Positions 1 through 9,203 of a stretch of 25,210 nt of DNA are shown here, piece by piece; position 1 is the stretch's first letter; every line of letters starts with the position of its first letter. Position numbers and translations under genes: made by a program. Below the pieces are notes generated by a model. The model was not told the origin of the DNA. It saw nothing but the letters and a program-made list of their open reading frames with translations, and did no database searches. Source of the stretch: Candidatus Zixiibacteriota bacterium. Its GTDB lineage: Bacteria; Zixibacteria; MSB-5A5; UBA10806. The stretch is taken from NCBI GenBank assembly GCA_003520965.1, contig DOTU01000101.1, positions 4,069-29,278 on the forward strand, given 5' to 3'.

Positions 1-2088
1 TTTCATTATAAGACGCCTGTCTTAATGCGAGAGCAGGTTGTTGGGTATGCATATTTCGGCCTTAAAGAGCAATCACTTTTAATTGATATCAGCCATGCCC
101 GAAGGAATCTCTTTTTAATCAGCTTCATTGGCCTGGTGATTGGTTTTGTGGCGGTATTTGTCCTGTCCAACTACTTCGTAAAACCAATCCAAAAGCTCAC
201 CGAAGGCGTGATGCGAATAGGGGAGGGGAACCTCGATCAAAGCTTGCCTATCGAGGGCGCTGACGAGTTTTCTGATATCGCGCGGGCCTTTAATGAGATG
301 ACTACTAAGTTCAAAAAGGCCCAGGTTAACGTGGTTGAGCAGGAGCGCCTGCAAAAAGAGATGCAGGTTGCTCAAGAGATTCAACACGCACTACTGCCAC
401 GCCATTTCCCCGATATCGAAGGGTACGATATTTCCACAGTCTACCGTGCGGCCAAGGATGTCGGCGGCGATTACTTTGATTTTGTGCAAATCGATAAGGA
501 CGTTCTGGGAATTATAGTGGCCGATGTATCCGGTAAAGGTGTTCCGGGTTCGCTGGTTATGACCATGATTCGTACGGCGCTCCGCCTTGAGGCCAGAGAA
601 AACTACTCACCCACAGATATTTTAGGCAAGGTTAATCATTTTGTGACAGATGATGTCAAGCGCGGCATGTTTATCACTATCTTTTTCATCACCCTGGATA
701 GCGCCAAACGGACCATCTCTTACGCATCCGCCGGACATAATCCGATGATCCTCTACCGCAAAGATTCCGATAATTGCTATTTCCTCAATACACGTGGAAT
801 GCCCTTGGGGATTGCTCTTCCGGATGGCGTAAGCTTCGAAGATTCCCTGGAGTTTGATCGGGTTAAGCTCAAAAAAGACGATATGCTTGTGATCTACACT
901 GATGGTATCACCGAAGCCATGAATAAGGCAGACGAACAGTTCGGGAATGATCGTTTGATTCAATTTATAAAGTCACATGCTGAGCTTCCGCCTGAGGAAT
1001 TCACTAAGAAGCTTGATGCCGAGCTGCACCGCTTCACCGGTGGTGCGCCGCAGGGGGATGATATCACCCTGGTGGTAATTAAAGAAAAGATGATGCTCGA
1101 TGAGCTCGTTTTCGAAAAAAGAAAACGGCTTATGGAGATGGTGGAAAACGAGGGAATTCCCATCGAAGAAGCCTGTGCCCAGATGGGTATCTCACCTTCG
1201 ACTTTTTACAAATACCGCCGTCGCTGGCAAACGCTGGGCGATGTGGGGCTTCTCAACAAAAATCTGAGGGCCGATTCTGTCATCAAACAGATTTCCTACG
1301 AGGTTAGGAAAGAGATTCTGAAGCTGGTCCGTGAAAACCCAGATTTCGGCGCCAAACGGATTATGGATGAGCTAAATAAAAAAGGGATGGCCGATATTGA
1401 TCAACGTGGGCTATATGAGGAGCTTATACGTCTTCGTCTTAATACCAAAAAACTGCGTTTGGAATATGTGGATAGGGTCGGTGGCCTGACGCCGGAGATG
1501 AGCGCCGAGCTTGAAAAAGAGCTGCTCAAAGAAAATGAGAAAAAAGAGGATATCGATCGGGTCGAGTATCTTGAGGAAATAAAGAAAAGCCTCGAATCTA
1601 AAAAGGGTCAGCTTTCATCCACTGCGCGCGATCTTGTAGAAAAGCTTCAAAAAATGGAGCCGGTATTGGGTGATACTATTCTTTATGGCGAGATCGCGGC
1701 TGAACTCACCAAACTTAGAGGCGGTGAGGATATCGCCAAGCTATTCGAAAATATTATTCTCAAGATGGCCGATATGTCCAAAACGCAGGTCCCTGAGCCA
1801 ATCGCTATACCGACTGAAATCCCGGCGGAGCCTGTAGCTCCTCCAAATCTATTTGCTTTAGGCAATCCCAAAGCCAGCGTTGATGCAGAACCAGATCTCG
1901 CTAAGCCTGAACAGGAACAAAGCGCGGTGGAATCCAAGTTAGAGATATCGGAGTTAAGCAGAGATATATCGACGATTAACATAGTTGAATCTGCTTTCAA
2001 AGTTGAAAATGAAAGCGGAGAGGAAGAATCTAAATTTGATTGGGAGGAATATTCGCGCAAACTTACCGATAAGAATAAAGGGAAATGA
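1..2088 (+). CDS. HAMP + SpoIIE/PP2C (RsbU-like) Ser phosphatase with C-terminal transposase-type HTH domains and acidic tail; 5'-partial
   Basis: Frame is open from base 1 (FHYKTPVLMREQ...). It has a TM helix followed by HAMP (KPIQKLTEGVMRIGEGNL...DEFSDIARAFNEM) and PP2C motifs DVGGDYFD, IVADVSGKGVPGSLVM, AGHNP, YTDGITEA, DDITLV. An HTH region (GISPSTFYKYRRRW) follows. Confidence 0.9.
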   Translation, partial: FHYKTPVLMREQVVGYAYFGLKEQSLLIDISHARRNLFLISFIGLVIGFVAVFVLSNYFVKPIQKLTEGVMRIGEGNLDQSLPIEGADEFSDIARAFNEMTTKFKKAQVNVVEQERLQKEMQVAQEIQHALLPRHFPDIEGYDISTVYRAAKDVGGDYFDFVQIDKDVLGIIVADVSGKGVPGSLVMTMIRTALRLEARENYSPTDILGKVNHFVTDDVKRGMFITIFFITLDSAKRTISYASAGHNPMILYRKDSDNCYFLNTRGMPLGIALPDGVSFEDSLEFDRVKLKKDDMLVIYTDGITEAMNKADEQFGNDRLIQFIKSHAELPPEEFTKKLDAELHRFTGGAPQGDDITLVVIKEKMMLDELVFEKRKRLMEMVENEGIPIEEACAQMGISPSTFYKYRRRWQTLGDVGLLNKNLRADSVIKQISYEVRKEILKLVRENPDFGAKRIMDELNKKGMADIDQRGLYEELIRLRLNTKKLRLEYVDRVGGLTPEMSAELEKELLKENEKKEDIDRVEYLEEIKKSLESKKGQLSSTARDLVEKLQKMEPVLGDTILYGEIAAELTKLRGGEDIAKLFENIILKMADMSKTQVPEPIAIPTEIPAEPVAPPNLFALGNPKASVDAEPDLAKPEQEQSAVESKLEISELSRDISTINIVESAFKVENESGEEESKFDWEEYSRKLTDKNKGK

Positions 2089-2828
2089 TTAAATTAGCCA
2101 TCTTGACAGCCAAGGGGGGCACGGGTAAGACCACGACAGCCATTAATCTTGGCCACGGCCTCGCACTTTCGGGCCATCGTGTTCTTATCGTCGATTGCGA
2201 CCCGCAGGGCTCGGCATCGGCAGCTTTTGACGTTAATGGCGAACGCGGCCTGGCGGACCTGCTCTTAGATGGCAAAGTCGATATATTTCAGGTACGGCCC
2301 CATCTCTATTTGCTCCCGTCCGGGCGCAAACGGCTTGCTGAGCTTGAGATTAAGCTTGCAGCCCGCTCGGATCGCCTGGAACGGCTGAAAAACGCAATGG
2401 CGCGCCTCTCTGGTTGCGATTGGGTTATTTTGGATTGCTCTCCTTCCATAAATATTGTAAATTTGAACGCATTGGGGTTTGCGGAGAAGCTCTTGATCCC
2501 ATCCTCGCTCGATTATTTTTCCCTGGAGGGGGTCAAATCGACAATTGAGCTTTCAAACGATATTACGGCTAATGGCGCAGGTAAGCTTGAGATACTTGGC
2601 ATTTTGCCGACATTTTATGATAAGCGAACAAGCGTTTCGCGATTGGCACTTGAGACTCTGAGAAACACTTATGGCAAGATGGTATTCGATACCGAAATCA
2701 GACTTAACGCTGAAATTAAGAAATCGCAGTGGTATAGAAAAACCGTTTTCGAATTTGCTCCTTATTCTCATGGAGCGTACGATTATTTCAAATTAGCAAG
2801 GGAAGTTCTGGAAAGGATACAGGTTTGA
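2085..2828 (+). CDS. ParA/Soj/MinD-family ATPase
   Basis: Deviant Walker A KGGTGKTT, then VLIVDCDPQG, VILDCSPS and LGILPTFYD. ATGA overlap with the upstream stop. Confidence 0.92.
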   Translation: MIKLAILTAKGGTGKTTTAINLGHGLALSGHRVLIVDCDPQGSASAAFDVNGERGLADLLLDGKVDIFQVRPHLYLLPSGRKRLAELEIKLAARSDRLERLKNAMARLSGCDWVILDCSPSINIVNLNALGFAEKLLIPSSLDYFSLEGVKSTIELSNDITANGAGKLEILGILPTFYDKRTSVSRLALETLRNTYGKMVFDTEIRLNAEIKKSQWYRKTVFEFAPYSHGAYDYFKLAREVLERIQV

Positions 2829-2834
2829 GGAGAT

Positions 2835-3566
2835 ATGAGCGATATTAAAATCTCTCTCGACAGTTCGGGGCCCAAAGGGGAGATATCGGTGGTCAGAGTC
2901 GATGGCGTTATTGATACTATGACCGCCACTGACCTCGAAAAGGTAATGAACTCCCTTTTGGAGCGGAAACGATACAATGTCATCATCGATTTGGGTGGAG
3001 TCGATTACATCTCCTCGGCCGGATGGGGCATATTCATCTCCAATATCAGGGAGATCCGGCAGCATTCGGGAGATATCAAACTGGCCCGTATGATTCCCAA
3101 CGTTTATGAAATATTCGAACTGCTGGAATTCGACAGCATTCTGAAGGCATTCGACAGCGTAGAGAAGGCAAAAACTGATTTTGATGGTCTGAAAAAGAGC
3201 CCAGCTGAAGGCGAGGGGGTCGCGGTTATGGCGGAATCCGCTATCAAGAGCGATACGGTAAAAGGCATTCCGCGGGCGCCAGAGGCTCAAATCAGTTCTC
3301 CGTCGCCGCAGCTGCTAAGCGATCCTTCTGAAATCAAGGTAGTAGTCGATGAACCTATGGTTGTGCCTCAGTTGCGCGATATTATCCTTGAGATGATTTC
3401 AAAAGATCCGTTCCTGACAATCTCGGAAATAAAACGAGAGATCCAAAGAAAGCATCCATCATTAAGAATCGGATGGTGGAGAATCTGGGGTGTTTTAAAA
3501 CGGGAAGGACTACTAACCAGGAAAAATCGTTTTCGCAAGGCCAGGCTTAAATCCGGAGGTAATTGA
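2835..3566 (+). CDS. STAS-domain anti-sigma factor antagonist (RsbV/SpoIIAA-like) with C-terminal HTH
   Basis: VVRVDGVIDTMTA...IIDLGGVDYISSAGWG; Ser61 aligns with the phosphorylated Ser58 of SpoIIAA. A Pro/Ser linker leads to an approximately 60 aa HTH-like domain. RBS GAGGAG. Confidence 0.88.
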   Translation: MSDIKISLDSSGPKGEISVVRVDGVIDTMTATDLEKVMNSLLERKRYNVIIDLGGVDYISSAGWGIFISNIREIRQHSGDIKLARMIPNVYEIFELLEFDSILKAFDSVEKAKTDFDGLKKSPAEGEGVAVMAESAIKSDTVKGIPRAPEAQISSPSPQLLSDPSEIKVVVDEPMVVPQLRDIILEMISKDPFLTISEIKREIQRKHPSLRIGWWRIWGVLKREGLLTRKNRFRKARLKSGGN

Positions 3567-3569
3567 CAC

Positions 3570-5405
3570 ATGCCAAACTCCAGGCTTTGGCCTATAGTCC
3601 TGTTAGTATTATTTTTCTGTCTTTTGGTCATTGGCATAGCTTTATTATTTAAAACAGCCTGGATCACCGTACTATTGACTGCTTTGGTTTTGTTGGTTTC
3701 TGCACTAATTATTATTTCCTCTATTCGTGCTTCGCGAGATATTACCATTCTTTCTAAAATTTCAGTTCCGAAAAAGCCCGATGATAATATTTTAGCCTGT
3801 AAGCTATTAACCGAAATTGACCTGGCGCCTGGCGATAAAAAATCGCTGGCCATGAAGGCCTCTGAGGTGCTCAGAGAGAAATTTCAGTTGGAACGATTCG
3901 CCGTCTTCTTTAAAGAAAATGACAAGTACGTCTTAAGAGTCTACTCCGGATTGAACAAGGGCGATCTCGCTATTCCGGCAGCTAATAAATTTAGTCCGTC
4001 TCTTGTGGAAAATATCCAAACCGGCGCCCTTTCGAATAACGAAAGCGATTACCAATTAGCTTTCAAGCGGACCGGGTTCAATTTCGAATCTTCAACGGTA
4101 GCGTTTGCATATTCCTGGGGGAAAACCCGTTCGGTATATTTGGTTGGAGATGATCCCAAGGGTCGTTTCTCGGAGGTTGCCAAGGATTTGGAATTCAACC
4201 GAATTTTCTGGCCGGGTTTGGAAAACGATCTCAAATTAAATCAGAAGCTCTATGAGCGGGGTCAGGAAAACCGTGAGCTTACTCAACTTTTGGAGCAGGC
4301 AAAGAGGGATGTTAGCGAGTTAAATAACGAGCTGAAAAATAGGTTGTTAGATCTAAAGGCTTTTGTTAAAATCTCGAACGACCTTTACTCCTTATTTGAT
4401 GAAACGGAGCTTTTCTCACGGCTCAAAAAGACTGTCTGTGAAAAACTAGGTGCTGTATCTGCCCAGATCCTTGTGCCATCCGGAGACGGGCATTTTATTC
4501 CAGCTGGCGAGGCTGAGCAATCGGAAACAATTCTGTCACTTGATTCCGATTCGGAACTGGCTGAGCTTTTATCCCAATCAGCCAGGCCGGTTCTTCTGCC
4601 TCTCGCCGGTACAGGCTACAAGCATGATGAGCCATTTCTGCGCGCTGCTTTGGGGGCCAACTTTCAGATAGCTTCATCTATTAAAGCCGATGGGAAACCC
4701 GCCTGTATTCTGCTTGTTTCCCAGAAAATGGATAAAACCCAGTACACTAGCCTGGAACTTGATTTCCTTTATATTATCTCGAATATCGCTTCCCTGGCGC
4801 TTGATAATATTCACCAATATAGCACTATCGAAAAGCTATCTTATACCGACAGCATGACCCAGATCTATAACTACCGTTATTTTTACAAACGTCTCAGCGA
4901 GGAAGTTTTGCGTGCCAAACGGTATGACCGTGAGTTGGCGCTGGTCATTCTTGATATTGACAATTTCAAATCTTTTAATGATAATTACGGCCATCAGGCG
5001 GGAGATCTTGTTTTAAGGCAGTTATCTGATCTGATTACGAAAACCATCCGGTCAATCGATGTTGTCAGCCGGTATGGAGGAGAGGAGTTCTGCATTATCA
5101 TGCCCGATACGGGAATTGGTGATTGCGAGACTTTTATCGAAAGGCTGCGTTGCCAGATCGCCGATTTCAAGTTCGAATCCGAACTTTTCCCGCAGGGCGG
5201 TAAAATCTCGGTTTCTGTTGGAGGAGCAGTTTATCCGCATTATGCTTCCATGCCGGATCGGCTGATCTATTGTGCGGATATGGCTCTCCTTAAGGCCAAA
5301 TCCCTGGGGCGGAACCGGGCCGTAATGTATGAACCAGAAGCGCCTGTTGATTCAAAATCCATGGAAGGGGGATTTAATGAGAGCCATCAAGAATCTATTC
5401 TTTAG
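3570..5405 (+). CDS. Membrane-anchored GAF/coiled-coil diguanylate cyclase (GGDEF)
   Basis: Two N-terminal TM helices, a coiled coil and a GAF-like region. Catalytic motifs LDIDNFKSFNDNYGHQAGD and SRYGGEEF; I-site RSID (RxxD) lies five residues upstream of GGEEF. Confidence 0.92.
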   Translation: MPNSRLWPIVLLVLFFCLLVIGIALLFKTAWITVLLTALVLLVSALIIISSIRASRDITILSKISVPKKPDDNILACKLLTEIDLAPGDKKSLAMKASEVLREKFQLERFAVFFKENDKYVLRVYSGLNKGDLAIPAANKFSPSLVENIQTGALSNNESDYQLAFKRTGFNFESSTVAFAYSWGKTRSVYLVGDDPKGRFSEVAKDLEFNRIFWPGLENDLKLNQKLYERGQENRELTQLLEQAKRDVSELNNELKNRLLDLKAFVKISNDLYSLFDETELFSRLKKTVCEKLGAVSAQILVPSGDGHFIPAGEAEQSETILSLDSDSELAELLSQSARPVLLPLAGTGYKHDEPFLRAALGANFQIASSIKADGKPACILLVSQKMDKTQYTSLELDFLYIISNIASLALDNIHQYSTIEKLSYTDSMTQIYNYRYFYKRLSEEVLRAKRYDRELALVILDIDNFKSFNDNYGHQAGDLVLRQLSDLITKTIRSIDVVSRYGGEEFCIIMPDTGIGDCETFIERLRCQIADFKFESELFPQGGKISVSVGGAVYPHYASMPDRLIYCADMALLKAKSLGRNRAVMYEPEAPVDSKSMEGGFNESHQESIL

Positions 5406-6438
5406 AACATTCTTGATACAAACCATTATCGCTTTATCTGCGTTGATATTATTGGGCCAATTCATCGCATTGGGCGGAGCTATTGCTCAAACACAAACAG
5501 AGCAGCAAACTAATGAAAATGATCAGGCTCAAGCCAAAAATGAATTATACCTTATTGGAAATCTGGATAGATTATCGGTAACTTTTTGGCAGCAACCCGA
5601 TCTCAATCGTGAGGTTAGGGTTGATGAGAACGGTATGATCAGTTTACCGGTTATCGGCGAAATCAAGGCCGCGGGGCAAACGCCCAATGAGCTATCCAAA
5701 AAAATTATCCAGCAAATGAGTATCTACAATACTCCGGTGTCCCAGGCGACTGTCAATGTCGTAGAGTTTAATTCTCGAAGCGTAGTAGTATCCGGGCATG
5801 TGTTGACCCCCGGCAGTCGTCGATACGAGAAAATTCCCGATGTATGGCAGGTCATCCTCGACGCGGGTGGTCCGACATCCGATGCCGATCTCTCTCGAGT
5901 CAGTATAGTTAGAAAAGAGGGCGGTAAATCGAATATTATCAATGTTGACTTGTATAAAATTATTCAATCGGGCGATCTCAGCAAAGCTCCTCAGCTTCAA
6001 CCCGGGGATTTGGTCAATGTGCCTCTTTCGACTCTGGGCTCCAATTTGGCTTTTCCCAGCCAGCAGAAATTTGAGGGTAGGAATATTTTCTTCGTCTTCG
6101 GCCAGGTTACAGAACAGGGACCCCGGAACCTTGAGGACGGGATGGACGTTTTAGACGGCATTGCGGCCGCTAAGGGCTTTACCATAGATGCTGATCTAAA
6201 AAATGTTACTGTTATAATGAAAGATGCGAAATATTCAAATGTGGTAAGACTCAATATGTCCAGATATATAAAAACCGGCCAGCCAGCCAGAATGATGTTG
6301 CATCCCGAGGATACCATAGTCGTACCGGCTAAGGGTGGGTTTTTCCGAGCCATGTCAAATCTAAATACGGTCGTACCGATTTTGGGAACTATGGCCACCA
6401 TGATAATTCTAATCAGGGATATCAGACGCAATCCTTGA
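5377..6438 (+). CDS. Polysaccharide export protein (OPX/Wza-like; Poly_export + SLBB domains)
   Basis: RVDENGMISLPVIGEIKAAGQTPNEL, SLBB repeats (VVVSGHVLTPG, FVFGQVTEQG) and LQPGDLVNVP / LHPEDTIVVP. Start re-set to ATG 5377 after SD GGGGGA; signal peptide present. Confidence 0.88.
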   Translation: MRAIKNLFFRTFLIQTIIALSALILLGQFIALGGAIAQTQTEQQTNENDQAQAKNELYLIGNLDRLSVTFWQQPDLNREVRVDENGMISLPVIGEIKAAGQTPNELSKKIIQQMSIYNTPVSQATVNVVEFNSRSVVVSGHVLTPGSRRYEKIPDVWQVILDAGGPTSDADLSRVSIVRKEGGKSNIINVDLYKIIQSGDLSKAPQLQPGDLVNVPLSTLGSNLAFPSQQKFEGRNIFFVFGQVTEQGPRNLEDGMDVLDGIAAAKGFTIDADLKNVTVIMKDAKYSNVVRLNMSRYIKTGQPARMMLHPEDTIVVPAKGGFFRAMSNLNTVVPILGTMATMIILIRDIRRNP

Positions 6439-6491
6439 TGAATGGATAGTTTTAGCACTCAAGGCCTAAGGCAATAAAAAAAGGCAACGTT

Positions 6492-8078
6492 TTGGAAAAC
6501 GAAAAATCACAAATTGATCTTAAAAGTTATTGGGCCATTCTCGAAAGGCGTAAGGCGCTGCTTATCTTGCCCCTGATGATTGTGCCTTTGGTGGCTTTTC
6601 TCATCACCTATTTTATGAAGCCTACCTATGTTTCAACTGCGACAATATTAATAGGCGACACAAGGGTTTTGCCTACAACAGTTCAACAGGATATTGGGGG
6701 TCGCGCTGGAGGTTATGATTTTCGTACCATTCAGGATATCCAAAGTTCCTTTCTTAACCAGATTACCTCAACCAAGTACTTGAAACGGCTTATCGCCGTT
6801 CTCGATATTCCGATTCCGGAAGAAATTAAAAAGGTAGTAGCTGTTACCAAGGCCAGCTTCCCTCAAATAACCGAAAATGAACTGGCAGAGAACATACTTG
6901 TTGACTTGCTGCGCAAGCAAGTCATTGTTAACATGAAAGCGAATAATCTTATCGAAGTTTCCATCACGGGTACCGATCCGATTGGAGTTCAAAAAGAAGC
7001 AGCCGCCTTAGCCGATATTTTCATCGAGGAAAATCTGGCTGCCGAATTGGCCGGAATTCGTTCCAGTATTTCATTTTCGGAGGATCAACTCGAATTTTAT
7101 AAAAATAAACTTAAAGATGCTGAAGATAAGCTTCGTAATTTCCGCCAGAGCCTTTTAACCTCGTCCTTCGGACAGGACACCAGTTCCAACAATCTCAGAG
7201 AAATCGCCGCAGCAGTACAGGCGCTGGATATGGATATCGCCGGAGAGAGCGATCAACAAGCTAACCTGCGTACAGCTCTGGATAACTCCAATGTCGATGT
7301 CAATAATATGGTACTACCGGCCAATATCGATTCAATTCGTGATAAACTCCTGGGAAGCGTCACCCAATTATCAGATTTATTGACCAGTTACAATTGGAAA
7401 GACGTTCGGGTGGTGAGCGTCAATGAGGAAGCACGCGGCCTCCTGGACCAAATGGCCGCTCAAATAAAAGCATGGGCCGAACAACGCTATCCTGATCAAA
7501 CCCCGGATATGCGGGCAACTATAATCAGTTATCTTTCTGGCAATATCATTATGGATTTCAATCGGGCCAAGCGCGCCAGCCTCGACTCTTACATTGGTAA
7601 AACACGTGCCAGGTTAGGAGAGAACCCTGGTACAGCAATTACCATGCAACGATTACAAAGCGAGGTCGATAGCTATAAAAAATTCTATGATCTTTTCGTT
7701 TCTCATTCGCAAAATGCTGCTATTAATCAGTCAGCTATTAAGGTAGAGGCCGAGGCCAAATATACCGTTATCAAACCGGCCACGCTTCCGTTATCGCCTG
7801 ATTCGCCAAAAAGATTCCGCATTCTTGGCATGGGCTTGGCTTTGGGCCTGGCTCTGGGATTGGGCGCCATTATGGTTGTCGAGCTTTTGGACGACTCCTT
7901 TAAAAAAGTGGAAGATGTAACAGCTTATCTAAGGCTGCCGGTGATCGGGACTATCCCCAGGATGGAATTACCCTTTGGTAACTCGTCGAAGAAACATGTG
8001 CCTATCATAATTGGATTAGCCATTAGCTTTCTTCTTTTTATTTCGATAGTGATTTTACACTTAAAAAAGAACGGATAA
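6492..8078 (+). CDS. Polysaccharide co-polymerase / chain-length determinant (Wzc N-terminal, GumC-like)
   Basis: Wzz-type N-terminus (IDLKSYWAILERRKALLILP...KPTYVSTATILI), a long periplasmic coiled coil, PATLPLSPDSPKR + TM, and the DDSFKKVEDV...LPVIGTIP activator segment. TTG start. Confidence 0.88.
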   Translation: MENEKSQIDLKSYWAILERRKALLILPLMIVPLVAFLITYFMKPTYVSTATILIGDTRVLPTTVQQDIGGRAGGYDFRTIQDIQSSFLNQITSTKYLKRLIAVLDIPIPEEIKKVVAVTKASFPQITENELAENILVDLLRKQVIVNMKANNLIEVSITGTDPIGVQKEAAALADIFIEENLAAELAGIRSSISFSEDQLEFYKNKLKDAEDKLRNFRQSLLTSSFGQDTSSNNLREIAAAVQALDMDIAGESDQQANLRTALDNSNVDVNNMVLPANIDSIRDKLLGSVTQLSDLLTSYNWKDVRVVSVNEEARGLLDQMAAQIKAWAEQRYPDQTPDMRATIISYLSGNIIMDFNRAKRASLDSYIGKTRARLGENPGTAITMQRLQSEVDSYKKFYDLFVSHSQNAAINQSAIKVEAEAKYTVIKPATLPLSPDSPKRFRILGMGLALGLALGLGAIMVVELLDDSFKKVEDVTAYLRLPVIGTIPRMELPFGNSSKKHVPIIIGLAISFLLFISIVILHLKKNG

Positions 8079-8084
8079 AAGGCT

Positions 8085-9203
8085 ATGCCGCCGATTGGAT
8101 TCACAGATAAATTTCGTCGCCTGGGACGGGACTACCTGTTGCAAACATCATTCAGCGAAGCCCGCAAGATGATTGTTTGCTCGCTATTCCACTCAGGCCA
8201 ACTAATTAGTAGCCGCGCATTTCCCCTGACTGATGAGCTTGAGGGTGACGCGTTGCTTACTAAGGTTTCTCAGAAACATGAATATTGTCTTTCTGATATT
8301 ACCGCTCTGCTTGGTTTGGCGGAGAATATGCGCGAGTTGGAGAAACCGGAACTTATCGAAAAGCTTGGGCGAACCCTATGCTCCCGGGAGCTTTACGATG
8401 AGGGCTGCGAACTCCTCACTTTCGCCGTACAGCGGTATCCGGAGGTTCCCGGATTGCGCCTTGCGTTGGGACGGATATACCATGCTAAACGGCAGTTTGA
8501 AGAGGCCAGAGAGCAACTATCACAAGCGGTGGAGTTGGCGCCAAGTTATCCCGATTATAGAAATATCCTCGGTGTTACTTATTTGAAATTGAACAAGCCG
8601 GTAGCTGCTATTGATGAATTTCGAAAGGCTGCCGAATTAAATATTTACTACGAAGAAGCCTATTTCAATCTCGGCCTGGGTTATATCTTAAATGGTATCG
8701 TTAAAGAGGATTTTAACCTGGCTAAAAACCTCCTCGGTAATTGCCAGGAAGCTTTTCAGAAGGCCGCGTTGTTCAATCCAGCCTATATTACCGAAAATTA
8801 CGAAAAGGGTATTGCGCTTCTCAGCGAGGGGAATCTTGAGCAATCCTATGAAATTCTCACCCAAGTTGGGGGTGATGTTGTAAGTCACGCTAACGATGAG
8901 AAACTCCTTGAGATGTATATGCGCTGTATTCACGGACAAAATGGCCTGACTGAGGCCGGAATTAAGCAATATGTCGATGAGTTAAGCGAGCTTCTCAAGG
9001 CAAATCCCGGCCACGCCGATCTGCACAACGAGTTGGGTATGGCCTACACCATCATGAGTAAATTCCTAAACAATAAAGCAATGGAGCACTTCCAGGAAGC
9101 CTTGCGGATAAATCCCGGTTTCGCAAGGGCCGTCAGAAACTTAAAGCTGTCACAAAATGACCTTAAGGGCTTTGAGGTACTGCTGGAAGCGATTATACGA
9201 TGA
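8085..9203 (+). CDS. Tetratricopeptide-repeat protein (cytoplasmic, no signal peptide)
   Basis: Repeated TPR consensus (LALGRIYHAKRQFEEAREQLSQAVELAPSY; NILGVTYLKLNKPVAAIDEFRKAAELN; NELGMAY...EALRINPGF). Confidence 0.85.
   Translation: MPPIGFTDKFRRLGRDYLLQTSFSEARKMIVCSLFHSGQLISSRAFPLTDELEGDALLTKVSQKHEYCLSDITALLGLAENMRELEKPELIEKLGRTLCSRELYDEGCELLTFAVQRYPEVPGLRLALGRIYHAKRQFEEAREQLSQAVELAPSYPDYRNILGVTYLKLNKPVAAIDEFRKAAELNIYYEEAYFNLGLGYILNGIVKEDFNLAKNLLGNCQEAFQKAALFNPAYITENYEKGIALLSEGNLEQSYEILTQVGGDVVSHANDEKLLEMYMRCIHGQNGLTEAGIKQYVDELSELLKANPGHADLHNELGMAYTIMSKFLNNKAMEHFQEALRINPGFARAVRNLKLSQNDLKGFEVLLEAIIR

Noticed and set aside
1117-1470. IS element or transposase pseudogene inside the phosphatase gene
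   Set aside because: In-frame with no stops, no DDE/rve domain, and no terminal inverted repeats or target duplication seen; a homologous domain recurs in the STAS gene. Treated as a domesticated domain.
5171-5180. tRNA T-loop-like GTTCGAATCC
   Set aside because: Lies inside the GGDEF coding region (KFES); no cloverleaf around it.
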